Positions 1 through 13,022 of a stretch of 60,550 bases of DNA are shown here, piece after piece (the first letter of the stretch is position 1; every line of letters begins with the position of its first letter). This DNA is from Octopus bimaculoides (Eukaryota), in the NCBI RefSeq assembly GCF_001194135.2, contig NC_068985.1, forward strand, positions 75,623,957 through 75,684,506, in the 5' to 3' direction. The notes beneath the pieces were generated by a model, which was not told the origin of the DNA, searched no databases, and saw only the letters and a list, made by a program, of their open reading frames with translations. Both the position numbers and the translations under genes were made by a program.

Positions 1-254
1 CCTATCTAGTTCATTGACTCCTAAATACTTATATGGTTGGCTTTCGTCTAGTTCTCTTATTTCATTAGCTTTATCTAGTGTTATATTGCTACTTTTAACT
101 AATTTTCCTCTTTTCAGGGTTGCTTTGGCACATTTTTCTAATCCGAATTTCATTTCTATTTCCTTGGTAAAGCCGTGTACTGTCTGTAGTAGTGTTTCTA
201 GCTCTTTGTCGTGTTTTGCATATAATTTTAGGTCATCCATATATAGAAGGTGGC
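1..254 (-). mobile_element. R4/Dong-clade non-LTR retrotransposon, 5'-truncated, RT domain (runs off window start)
   Basis: Open minus-strand frame SHLLYMDDLKLYAKHDKELETLLQTVHGFTKEIEMKFGLEKCAK...YKYLGVNE contains the YMDD catalytic motif and the FGLEKC and YKYLG motifs typical of R4/Dong RT; the junction abuts (TTA)n at 255-306. Confidence 0.9.
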
Positions 255-306
<52 letters not shown>

Positions 307-308
<2 letters not shown>

Positions 309-1769
309 GGCGGTGAGCTGACAGAATCGTTAGCACGATGGGCGAAATTCTTAGCGGCATTTCGTCCAACTTTACGTTCTGAGTTCAAACTCCACCAAAG
401 TCGACTTTGCCTTTCTTCCTTTCGAGGTCGATAAAATAAGTACCAGTTGAACGCTGGGGTCGATGTAATCGACTGTCCCTGTCCCTCAAATTTCAGGTAT
501 TGTGCCTTTAATAGAAAGGATTATTATTATTATTATTATTATTATTATTGTTAGCACGCCGAGTGAAATACTTAACGCTATTTCAACTGTCGCTACGTTT
601 TGAGTTCAAATTCTGCCGAGGTCGACTTTGCCTTCCATCCTTTCAGAGTCGATAAATTAAGTACCAGTTGCGTACTGGGGTCGAAGTAATTGACTGGCTC
701 CCCTCCCCCAAAATTTCAAGCCTTGTGCCTATACTAGAAAGAATTATTATTATTAGTGTTAAGGCGGTGTTAGCACGCTGGACGAAATGCTTTGCGGTAT
801 TTCACTCGTCGCTACATTCTGCCGAGGTCGACTTTGCTTGTTTTCTTTTCGAGGTCAATGAATTAAGTAACACTGGGGTCGATGTAATCAACTAGTCCCC
901 TTCTCCTAAATTTCAGGCCTTGTGCCTTTACTAGAAAATATTATTATTATTAAGGGAACGAGCTGGCAGAATCGTTAGCACGCTGGGCCAAATGCTTAGC
1001 GGCATTTCGTCCATCTTTACTTTCTGAGTTCAAATTCCGCCAAGGTCGACTTTACCTCTCATCCTTTCGGGGTCGATGAAACAAGTACCAGTTACGCTAT
1101 AGGTCGATGTAATCGACTAGTCCCCTGTCCCCAAATTTCAGGCCTTGTGCCTTTAATTGAAAGGATTATTACTATCATTATTATTAAGCGGCGATCGTGC
1201 AGATCTTAGCACGCCAGGCGAATGCTTGGCGGCATTTCATCTGTCTTTACGTTCTAAGTTCAAACTCCGCCGAGGTCGACTTTGCCTTCCATCCTTTCAG
1301 TGTCGATAAATTAAGTACCAGTTGCGTACTGCGATCGACGTAATTGACTGGCTCTCCTCCCCCCAAATTTCAAGCCTTGTGCCTATACTAGAAAGAATTA
1401 TTATTATTATTATTATTAAGGCGGTGTACTGGCAGAGTCATTAGTACACTGGACGAAATGCTTTGCGGTATTTCACCCGTCGCTATATTCTGAGTTCAAA
1501 CTTCACCAGGATACACATTTCGCCATAGAACAGTGAACCACAGTGTTGGGTTTGTAAACTCCCATGACAGGACACATACTCAACGAGTAGAAAGCACTTG
1601 GGCCTGTCTTAAGCGAGTGAATAAACGGTACTGTGCCACTCATGGTTCTATACCGGATTCGTATCTCTTTCGGGATCGATAAATTAAGTACCAATGAAAC
1701 ACTGGGGTCGATGTAATCGATTAGTCCCCTCCCAAAAAATTTCAAGCCTTGTGCCTATAGTAGAAAAGA
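307..1769 (+). mobile_element. Tandem array of six SINE-A copies (tRNA-like head, Meta-like central domain) separated by (TTA)n
   Basis: Copies start near 307, 551, 761, 952, 1186, 1418. A-box-like TGGCAGAATCGTT, B-box GAGTTCAAATTCC, body GTCGACTTTGCCTTTCATCCTTTCGGGGTCGATAAA, tail CCTTGTGCC..GAAAGGATTATT. Resemblance to the MetaSINE domain is from memory. Confidence 0.9.
1509..1666 (+). mobile_element. Merlin/IS1595-like transposase fragment embedded in SINE-A copy 6
   Basis: Translates without stop as GYTFRHRTVNHSVGFVNSHDRTHTQRVESTWACLKRVNKRYCATHGSIPDSYL (HxTVNHS and HTQxxES motifs); aligns by eye to 44155-44310. Confidence 0.85.
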
Positions 1770-1847
1770 TTATTATTATTATTTTAATTTATATATATAT
1801 ATATATATAAAACAGAGTGTGAGTGTGCGTGTGTGTATGTGTGTGTG

Positions 1848-1895
<48 letters not shown>

Positions 1896-3053
1896 TGTGT
1901 GTGTGTATGTGTGTGGGNNNNNNNNNNGTGTGTGTGTGTGTGTATGTGTGTGTGTGTGTGTATGTGTGTGGGGGGGTGTTCCTTATGGATTTGAAAACTG
2001 AGTTGCCGATTTTGACGTATGATGTATCAAAATATTCAATAATCTTTTGGCTACCAAATGAAGTATGTTTTTTGAACAACTGTTTTTTACTGCAAAAATA
2101 ATCTCTAAAACGATGTCAGATCACACAATTTTGCGGTCACTTTGGGGCAATATTTGGATTCGCTTCTAATCTACGCTGTCAATTCTAATGTTTACGGTGT
2201 CAAAAAATGGTAGCAATGTACAAGGCATGTTATGAGTGCATTTGTGATGCCCAAAACCTTATTTATCAACGGAAAATGACAAAAAAAAACATGCTTTTAG
2301 GGAACAATTATTGGCACATTTTCCGTCAATAATCGCCTTTGTGCCACAACTAAACTGCCAATGTGAATGTCTTTAGTATTCCATGATTAAACATTGTCTT
2401 TGAAGTATTGTGATACCATCTCTTTGCAGAAAGCCCTATTTTCAACAGAAAATTGACTAATGAACCGTCCTTTGTGACATAATTGTGATCGCTTCTGACA
2501 TTACTACCGAAAACAATTTGTCCATGTAGATTTTCTTGGTACCAAGTGACCCAGGAATGCCTAACGAGCGTTGTCGGGTTTAAATTCAATAAAATTTCCC
2601 TTAGAATTAACTATAGTTAGAGCCTATATTCGTTCAAGTGTGGTAAAAACGTGAAGCAATGACTAAAACCTTTCGAGATTTTTGCCTTTAACATTTTTCT
2701 CTTTATTCAACCCAATTTATGCAAAGTTGCTTATCGTTATTAGTATATATTCATCCCAATTATTCATTCCATAAGCTGCAAAGTTCGTAAGGATTTTATT
2801 ACAATCTCCCTATTTTTCACAGTGGTTGAGCGTGTACTATAACGCGGGTGGTACGATGGAAAACAAATGTCTGACCTGGTTACTTCAGTGGAGACAACAA
2901 CACCGCGCATCTATGCGAGGGAAAATTAAGGTCACATACACACATGAATCTACCCACAGTGCGTGCCCCTTCATTTGCCAGGATGCACACCGTGTTTACT
3001 GATTAGTACAATTTCTGCAATATCAGTTGGTCGTGGTGCTATTGTCATCAACG

Positions 3054-3116
3054 ACCCGGGCAACGCCGGAGTGCATTGTGTGTAGAGTGTATGTTCCGCT
3101 TGAACTTGAAAATTGA

Positions 3117-3163
<47 letters not shown>

Positions 3164-3223
3164 CACACACACAATGTGGCTGTAGGTCATAACACCCGGG
3201 CAACGCCGGAGTGCATTGCTAGT
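3054..3223 (+). mobile_element. Helitron-like terminus, duplicated
   Basis: ACCCGGGCAACGCCGGAGTGCATTG at 3054-3078 and 3194-3218; the second copy is followed by CTAG|T, i.e. GC hairpin plus CTAG. Confidence 0.6.
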
Positions 3224-4682
3224 TGTATATAAATGTAAATTTTCATTTGTATATAAATATAAATTTTCTAGTATTTAGAAGAAAAGAAATATTCATTATT
3301 TCATCATTTTCTTTCATTAATTTCTTCATTTTCAACGATACTCTGTTGGTTGTCATGGCAGCAACGACTTCCATTTGTGACGTCACTGGACTCATTTTAC
3401 TGGCTAAACATATATAATTTTAAATGAATCTATCTTGTNNNNNNNNNNNNNNNNNNNNNNNNNNNNNNNNNNNNNNNNNNNNNNNNNNNNNNNNNNNNNN
3501 NNNNNNNNNNNNNNNNNNNNNNNNNNNNNNNNNNNNNNNNNNNNNNNNNNNNNNNNNNNNNGGAAAATTTGAGGACAATTGATTGAGAATTCAAAAATCT
3601 TCAAGTAGCTGGAAGAAAACCAAAACGAAATATAGAGCATCTCTGGGCGCATTTGCGCTAACAAAAAGAAAGAATGTTTAGTTATAGATTTCAATAGTTT
3701 CAGATTTATATTCATATTAAATTGCGATGCAAGGTTTAAATAGTCTTCCTTTACTTATTTAATTTGGAGTGGGGTGAGGAACACAGTGTTTATATTTCTT
3801 TTTGCATGTGAGTTTTGCAGAAAACATTCTGTGAGTAAAGTTTTAAATTTGAATAAGAACAAAATTCCACCCGTGAATGCAGAGCTCACCACACTAGGAC
3901 ATCAGCAACTTCATTTCGTGAACGCTCATTTTTGATGTTTTTACATTTTCCCATGGTCACATGTACATAATATCATCTTGCATACACAAGATTACCTGCG
4001 TAACCTCTCATTGTCATAACTGCTAATACAATAGTAAACAAATATTAAACAAATCTTAGCAAAAATTATTATCTAAAAGCCATCAACAGCTCAATGACCC
4101 AGGAAAACATTTCATTAAGAAGTTTTTATAAAAGTTCCGGGGCCCATAGAAAATACCTCAGTAGTTCACTTATTGTGGACAACCGGTTTAGATAATAAGA
4201 AATGTCTCTAAGGCTGGTAAAGAGATTCGAAACTGCGACATTTTCGTTCAGTATTCGTTCACACATTGACACGATGAGAAGTAACGTTGAAGAGATTAGC
4301 AAGATAGATTATAGATAGCTTGGCCAGAGGCGTCCGTTGATCTATTTCCTCTCCGAGAAATGTTAGACAAAATAGCGAAGACAGATTTTATATGGAAGAG
4401 ATAAACGGTACTGAAATTCTGTTTCGTTAGTCGTTGGCTGAGTAAAAGATTAATTATTAACCTTTGGTTCTCTAAAGACAATGACGTGCTTAAACACGCA
4501 TGCACATGTGTGCATACATACATACATACATACATACACACATATATACATAAATACATACATACGTACGTACGTACCTACATACATACAGGCATACATA
4601 TACATCTGTTTATACATATATATATACATATATACACATATGTACATATATACATATATACTTACATATATACTTATATATG

Positions 4683-4768
<86 letters not shown>

Positions 4769-7700
4769 NNNNNNNNNNNNNNNNNNNNNNNNNNNNNNNN
4801 NNNNNNNNNNNNNNNNNNNNNNNNNNNNNNNNNNNNNNNNNNNNNNNNNNNNNNNNNNNNNNNNNNNNNNNNNNNNNNNNNNNNNNNNNNNNNNNNNNNN
4901 NNNNNNNNNNNNNNNNNNNNNNNNNNNNNNNNNNNNNNNNNNNNNNNNNNNNNNNNNNNNNNNNNNNNNNNNNNNNNNNNNNNNNNNNNNNNNNNNNNNN
5001 NNNNNNNNNNNNNNNNNNNNNNNNNNNNNNNNNNNNNNNNNNNNNNNNNNNNNAATAATTTTAGGGAAAAAATTCCAAATTTACAGGGAAAATTTAATTT
5101 AATTTATCAAAATTAAATTAAATTTCATAATATATAATATATAATATATAAATATATAATTTAGAGAAAAAAAACTACAATTATTTAATTTATCCATGAA
5201 AATCCACAATCACATATAGAAAAATTCAATACGTAAATACACTAAAAAGACCTATAATAAAAATCAAAAATGTACAAAGTAATACATATTAAAATAGAAC
5301 AATGACAACACGTGTTTCATAACCATATTTTCAAATAGAACATAAAATAAAAATCAAATCGATTCAAAATAAATCGATCGAAAATCAATTCTATTCAAAA
5401 ATATAGCTAATCGTCAGGTCAAAATACAATAATAATAATAAAATCAATGTATATATATCAATTAACTATAAATATCAAATGAATTTATATAAAGATACTT
5501 ATTTTACCAATAAATAAAAGAAAAACATCGGCCATCTTTCTTTCGTCTCCTAACTTGTGTTTCTTTCTCTCCATTGTAGCTGGAACAAGGAAGACGTGTT
5601 CTTGTGTGTCTCCTGTACAAGCTTGATTTATGCGTTCGCCACTGCAATTTCGTTTAGACTTAGCAGCTTTTCTTGTTTGTTTTCACTGTCCTGTTTGTTA
5701 CCAATTTTCACCCTCCGCAAAATTCCCAATTTTATGTAATTTGCAGCAATCGTGTCAGCATGAATGCCCCTGGGGGTAAACCCGTTATCTTCAGGTACAT
5801 GATAACACTAAGATGCCAAATTTTGTCCATCCAAGAGAAATCGCTACTTGTAACATTAGAAGTATTCCTTCAACAGTGAAACGTCAGTTTACCTGTAGAG
5901 AAACAATGCAGTTATTATAAAGGAGAGTTGAATTTATTCCATGCATGATTTCACAGCTCTAGCATCACTTCTTCATAGTCATCGTATGAACTGTTCAGTC
6001 TATACTCGTACTTCATTTTAAAAGCTCGTTAAAATCATGCAAGTCTTGCTGTCTTCTATCCTACTGCGCTTTTCAGCCCACACTTGTTACAAATTTTATT
6101 CTTTTTGTAGGTCTTGTAGGTTACAAGTTTAATGCTTTTTGCATTAATTGCATTAACGGTTAATCGGTATGCGCAAAAATAACAGCGTAGTTAACAATAT
6201 CTGTTTACAATCAAGTGGTTTCGTGTTCAGTTACACAGCGTGGAACTATGCCTTCTACACTTCTACTTGCATGTGAAATTTACCACAACTGTACTGAAGT
6301 ACATACGCTCACATATACACATCCATGTTGGGGGAGTGCTGCCCAAGCGTACTCGCTTCCATAATTGTAGTTATGCTTACCAAAGTAAATCGGTGTCGAA
6401 TTGTCAAAAACCTGATTTAGCTATTCGATAGATCTAGATTAAATTAGTACCAGATAGAAAGAAATATATGAGCATATTACCAAGCAAGGGCGGTAGATTG
6501 GTAGATTTGTTACAGTATCGTTTTGAGGTATTGTCCCAGTTCTCTTCATCCTGAGTTCGTCTTCCCCGTCAGTCGCACTTCTGTCAGAAGTTGCGACCGA
6601 CAGATAGTATCAACAATCTGAAAAACTAACGGAAACGTAGTTTCCTTGGTTTGCTTGGAAAGTCGACAGCCACTATCACCATCACAACCCAGTAGGTGGA
6701 GCAATTGTATAGACGTAGTGTATGAGTGAAGACTATGATGTACGCTATTTCTTCGGGTCTCGGTGAGTGATTATTTAACAGAAATCCAGGGCCATTTTGC
6801 CCTCTAGAAATATTTGTTTCAGTTATCTTACATATAATAAAACGAAATGTCCATGCTGGGACACCACCTTGAAAATTTATATCGTCCTTATAAGATAAAA
6901 ACCCAAAATGTGATACCAAATAGGAAATAAAAGGTTGGGTTTTACCTCATAAAACTGGGAGTAGAAAATTCAACCTATGCTTGAAAGAAATCCTTTATAT
7001 TTTTTTTTGTACCTCAAGACTCCAATTATTGAATAACGTTGGGTAACAAAATTTTTATTTAATTATTTTTGTCTTCGGTCAGTAAGTATCATTTCCTATT
7101 TGCTTATATCTAGAAATCAAAAGAAATGACTACCATTCTATTCAAACTTTGATTTTGCAACATTTTGAAAATGACCTATTTTCCATTATATTTCTGACAG
7201 ATTCAGCACTGAGTTGCTGAAGCAGAAATATAGTTATAGCAAATATTCTGCTGAATACTATGGGTTTGCTTGTCAGTTGCTTGCCCATAACCACTTGAGC
7301 ATGCCCCTTACTGACTGACAGTATATGAATCTCTGATAATGAGCAGGTGTAATGGAGGAGCATCATAGCCATATGCTGAGAGTGGGATAACAAAAGCAAA
7401 TTTTGAAGGAAATATCAATCATTTTTCATAATTTCTAGAGGTAAGCAATTAGGATAAAAATCATATTACACAGTGATGATAATTAACCCCGAAATTCTTG
7501 CATTATCCCAGGAAAGTGTTCAAATATTTCCCAAATATAAATTCTTAATAAGATATTGCTTACGTAAGAGATACTTCGAATTTACATGGACAAAGTTTGT
7601 AGATCTACTATAGCTAGTCTTTAATGATCTAGAAGCAATTTCGACCCCCACTTCACTTTTACTCGGTTATTTCTTTATTTTCAGTTCATAACTCCTTTAA

Positions 7701-9469
7701 TTTCCCCAGTTATAACTATTTATCATTAAAGTTCTTTCTATCTTTATTTTATATTGTCTGTAGACGATTCATATCCTAGTGTGGACCTCACCGACTACGA
7801 CAACTAATTCACTCTCGTGTTTAAGTATTTCTCATACAGAACATTTAATAATATATTTAGTAAAAATATTTTGAAGGATATTACTTGCTTAAGGGTACAC
7901 TGATGAGTTACCGAGATGTAATTTAGTAAGATTTTAGCTATCGTAACTCCACCAACTGGTTTTGGGAATAAATTTTTTGCATCTTCTTTTTAAGCTCCAA
8001 CTAAGTTAACTACTCCTAATATATCTATTTGTCCTGGAAATTTGTACTCAGAACATAGAAACGGATAAAATGCCACTAAGCAATTTGTCTGGCATGCAAA
8101 TGATTCTGCCAGCTTGAGAAAAAGTAAGACAATATTTTTATTTTTTACTAAACAGCTACCGGTTTCGATCGCTTTAAGAAGACAACTTAGTCATGTTGAA
8201 ATAAAAGGTAAAAAAAAACCCAAAAAAAAACAATCTTTCATCATTTCAGTTCTGGAAGATAACATGTTTTTCTTATAAAGATCACATTTCTTTCTGATTG
8301 TTGCTGACTTTCATTTAACAGCAGTATTAGTCTGATGTTAGTGTTAGAGACAGTATGTAGAGTTGTTGGTGGTAGCATTAAAAGCAGAAGTAGCAGCAAC
8401 AGCTAGTGATCTCAGTGGCTACAAAATTTGTCCATCTAACTAGTACCCATCGTTGTGGCGACTTTAGCAAGGAGTGCAGTATTATTGGTGGTAATTATTT
8501 CCTTTCTTCTGCCACTGGAATTTAATCGTGGTTGGAATTTTGTTATGAAGGATATTTCTTCGTTAATGCCTTGCAGTTGAGTTATGTTATCGCTAAACTT
8601 ATATGGAGGGAAAATTGAAAGAATTTGGTTGTTTCTTGCTTACACATGTATTTATATGTTCACTGGGTCCTATTTGTCTGTATTTTCGTATATCAATTGG
8701 CAATCTATGCCGTTGTGTGTTGTTGTAAAGCGTTTCCTATCTAACTAATGTAATGCACTCCACTTCGATTCTAAGAGAATCTCATCACCACTAGTCAAAT
8801 TGGAAAGGAAACAGAATTATCGCTGTAAACTAGCCTCCATATATTACACACACACACACACATATATAACACACACACACACACACGCAATCACAGACAT
8901 ACACACACGTGTATATGTATATTACGTATTTCTGCATATATATATATGTATATACACATATAGAAATGTATATGTGTATGTACGTGCGCATGTGTGTATG
9001 TGCATGCATATATATATATATATATATATATATANNNNNNNNNNNNNNNNNNNNNNNNNNNNNNNNNNNNNNNNNNNNNNNNNNNNNNNNNNNNNNNNNN
9101 NNNNNNNNNNNNNNNNNNNNNNNNNNNNNNNNNNNNNNNNNNNNNNNNNNNNNNNNNNNNNNNNNNNNNNNNNNNNNNNNNNNNNNNNNNNNNNNNNNNN
9201 NNNNNNNNNNNNNNNNNNNNNNNNNNNNNNNNNNNNNNNNNNNNNNNNNNNNNNNNNNNNNNNNNNNNNNNNNNNNNNNNNNNNNNNNNNNNNNNNNNNN
9301 NNNNNNNNNNNNNNNNNNNNNNNNNNNNNNNNNNNNNNNNNNNNNNNNNNNNNNNNNNNNNNNNNNNNNNNNNNNNNNNNNNNNNNNNNNNNNNNNNNNN
9401 NNNNNNNNNNNNNNNNNNNNNNNNATATATATATATGCGTCTGTGTGTGTGTGTGTATAAAGGATAAAG

Positions 9470-9775
9470 ACCCCCTTCGGTTATGAATAACCATGGGATT
9501 GCACCTAGAACGTTACCCTCCGAGGCTCAAGGACGGGCAAGGTTGTTTTGTGGAAGACCAACTGTCATCCATGCTTACCAACAACCTCCTCTCTCCACGC
9601 CACTGATGTTATCCAAGGGAAAGGCCGATACAGCTTGGCACCAGTGACGTTACAACTAATTTCCTCAGCTGAGTGAACTGGAGCAACGTGAAATAACACA
9701 ACACACAGCCCGGCCCAGGAATCGAACTCACAACTTCATGATTGTAAGGCCGACGCTCTAACCACAGAGTCATAC
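9470..9775 (-). mobile_element. SINE-B family copy (tRNA head, ATTTCACGTTGCTCCAGTTCACTCAGCTG body, distinct tail)
   Basis: Minus strand reads GGTTAGAGCGTCGGCC...GAGTTCGATTCCTGG (A and B boxes), then the body shared with 38112-38372 and 55550-55745. Confidence 0.8.
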
Positions 9776-10849
9776 GCATACAAATATATATATATATATA
9801 TACAAATATACATATGTGTGCATGCGCGCTCCCACGTTTGTGTGTGTGCGTCTATGTGTATACATATCGCTTTCGAATTAGACGCAACACATCTGAAGGT
9901 GCATCTCTACTCTACAATGGTGTTTCGTAGGGAAAAAATAATTTCCTATGTTTCATCACACACCACATAAAGCGATGTTAAAGTAGTTTCGAAAGGAAAA
10001 CATATTTGATAGGAAAACGTAATTTTTGCATCTAAACACCGTGTGAAATGGATTCAAGTAAGAAACCATACAGAAGTACCATTATACTATACTTTTAAGT
10101 ACCATTATACTATACTTTGAAGGAAAATAAATTTTAAGTAATAAAAGAAACACAATGAATGCTGATACTTGAAGACAAAGCATACATCTATATCGTGTAT
10201 ATCGATAAAGAAAAAAATTGGTTCAAAGCAAATAGCGATGTATAATAAATGTGTATGAATTTCTCTAAAAGCAATACATGCAAGCAAAGCAAATATTTCG
10301 TTGATATTAGAACACAGCAAGTGATTGGAGAAAACAAATATATTCTAGAAGAAACTGATATTTCAGTGAATAGCATAGGCTGCACGGCATGCAGCAAGAT
10401 AGAATATTTAAAAATAAAATTATGAAATGTTATTTATTCATCATCTGCAAAACCTAGGAAATCCTCGTCTTTTTAACTGGATGAATGCCACATCTACAAG
10501 GCATGAAAGCTCGTTTTCATCGTTAGCATACATATTATGCAGTAGAATCTAGATCATCGATATATTCAAGAAGCAATAAATATCGCCCTCAAAAGTACTG
10601 ACTTTATTCATACAGCGTTATTTTACATGATTTAACACCTACCTCTTCTTTCAAAACATTCCATGAACTTGTTATTAACTTATGTATTTGTGTAGCAACC
10701 AGCTACAAAATAATGAATTAATTGTTCCTTATTCATTTTTCCGCTTCATCATCATTGTCATTAAGACTTCATCGTTGTTACATTTTAGTGATCCTCTGGG
10801 AAACAATGTTATCTAGGTAAGAATATCTAATTTTAATGCAAAAGTTTGT

Positions 10850-10886
<37 letters not shown>

Positions 10887-11580
10887 AGAGAGAGAGAGAA
10901 AGAGAGAACATTGCAAACAATGAATGAGATAGACATGGAATGAAAAAATCGGATAAATAAAAGCACATCAAAAACTGTCCTGTACCGAATATTTAAATTT
11001 GTGAACTTAGTAAATATTTCTTTCAGTAATTTATCGTAGTTGTTTACAAATAGCGAAGCGAAATTTGAAATGACAACATTAAAATTAGACAGGGACAGGC
11101 TTAGCTGTTTTTACGTCAATACCGGAAGGTGACACTGAGAAACCTTTTTAAAGAAGTGAATCTAATAACATATAAAATCAAGCAATATTTTTTATTTTTA
11201 ATAAAAAATCAGATGAAGGGCCTATAATTTGTCCGAGGTGGAATTATTCATGCATCACAAGTATGGAAGCAATTGGTGAAGCCGTTTTCGCGTGAAAAGT
11301 GATTACACAAACATCTCTATTTTATATAACAGGCTGCTCAAAACGTTTCTCCGCAGTAAGTATGTTATTGTAAAATGAATATCTATAAGATGGTATAAGA
11401 CTACAAAAGAATAAATTAGACTTTACAAGACTTTAAAAACTTTGTAAAAGGTGTTGAAAATGTTGTCTTTCATAAGTTGATTCTTCTAAAAAAAGTTGAC
11501 TCTCAAAAATAAATAAGTTGACTCTTCTAAAGAAATTCACCGCGGAGAAACTTTTTGAACACCCTATATTATTAGATTTG

Positions 11581-11630
<50 letters not shown>

Positions 11631-11724
11631 TGTGTGTGTGTGTACATACATAGGCAAATGTAAAATAAAAAAAACAACAAAAAAATTCAAAAGTCGCACA
11701 CAGTGAATGTATCAGGTTGACGTT

Positions 11725-12510
11725 TACAAGGTGCATTCAAGAAGTTTTGAATCAGTTTCTAGAAAAACATTTCTTAATTTCAAAGAAGTACAAAACTGAT
11801 CTTCCTCAAAGAAGGATCCTCTAACTTCAATGCACTTGCAGTGTTCAAGTGACTTAGTGGAGGCACGATGATTGTCGTCTAAAGTAAAGGTGCCCAGGAC
11901 TTAACTTATGTCACAACTTATGTCCTTCATTTTCTCCTTCAGTTTGGGGAACAAGCAAAAGTTACAGAGGCCAAGATCTGGGCTGCAGGGTGGGCGAGGT
12001 CAGTTTTGATGTCTATCTCTGTCAAATTGCTAGTAATCAGGTTGGAATTGTAGACTAATGCATTGTCCTGGTGAAGATGCTCTGGCCTTTTGCGAGGAAA
12101 TCTCTCCTTGGGCTCTCTCAAAAACTACACAAAGTACTCTTTGTTAACCGTTAGGCAAGAGGGAACCCAGTGAACGTAGATGAAGCACTTGCTATCGAAT
12201 AAGCGGATCATCATGAGCTTCCGGGAGATTTGCACTGTACCAGTGACAAACAGATGCTTGACTCGTACAAGTTAATCCATAATCAGTCTGGAGCATTCCA
12301 TACGTTTCTGTAACGTTTTTGCCCAGTTTAAACTCAAGACTTAATTGCATAGCGAGCTTCCACATTGTTTTCGCGTCCCGACAATATTCTATAAATTTGT
12401 CACCTGTGACAAGCAGTGTCCATCAGGGTGTGTTCAAAGAGCTGTAACAGTCGTCTCTTTCAGTCTGTAATAGCAAATGTTGGCAGGTCAGCTTATTAGA
12501 TGTATAGCAA
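11725..12510 (-). mobile_element. Degraded mariner transposase element
   Basis: Minus-strand peptides IHWVPS..TVNKEYF, ERFPRKRPEHLHQDNA and HPAAQILAS..F..SPN (YSPDLAP region); TA plus TIR-like TACAAGGTGCATTCAAGAAG at 11725. Confidence 0.8.
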
Positions 12511-12564
12511 TGAGATACTAAAATTACAATGATCTAAGACAGTTACAACTGCCTCTCCAAAACA

Positions 12565-12825
12565 ATCGTTTTACATTCTTTTAATTGTTTCAGTCATTTC
12601 ACTGCGGCCATGCTGGAGCATCGCCTTTAGTCGAACAAATCAACCCCAGGACTTATTCTTTGTAAGCCCAGCACTAATTCTATCGGTTTTTTTGCTGAAC
12701 CGCTAGGTTATGGGGGCGTAAGCACACCAGCATCGGTTGTTAAGCGATACTGGGGGAACAAACACAGACATACAAATACACACACGCAAACACACACACA
12801 CAAACAAACACACACATACAAATAA

Positions 12826-12858
<33 letters not shown>

Positions 12859-13022
12859 CACACATATAGATATTTATATACGACGGGCTTCTTTCAGTTT
12901 CCGCCTACCAAATCCACTCACAAGGCTTTGGTCGGCCCGAAGCTATAGAAGACACTTTCCAAGGTGCCACGCAGTGGGACTCAACCACATTGTTCTTACC
13001 ACACAGCCACTCCTGCGCCCAT
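12565..13022 (-). mobile_element. SINE-C (tRNA head, internal microsatellite, CCAGCATGGCCGCAG tail), near full length
   Basis: Reverse complement of the head GTGGTAAGAA...GTGAGTGGATTTGGTAGGCGGAAACTGAAAGAAGCCC and of the tail, matching plus-strand copies at 16785, 50960 and 58295. Confidence 0.85.

Noticed and set aside
1509-1666. Idea that the captured Merlin fragment is the piece deleted from the 57-kb element
   Set aside because: The insert extends past the deletion on both sides and its sequence is closer to the 44-kb subfamily
307-1769. CRISPR-like or tRNA gene array
   Set aside because: The units are ~200-bp diverged SINEs with microsatellite spacers in eukaryotic DNA; the heads do not complete a cloverleaf
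2350-2589. DHNY motif suggesting a THAP-type protein or transposon
   Set aside because: A four-residue match only; no C2CH signature or convincing TIR pair
5590-5720. BEL/Pao-like phrase LSLNEIAVANA*IKLVQ on the minus strand
   Set aside because: Too short, and no other LTR-element motifs nearby
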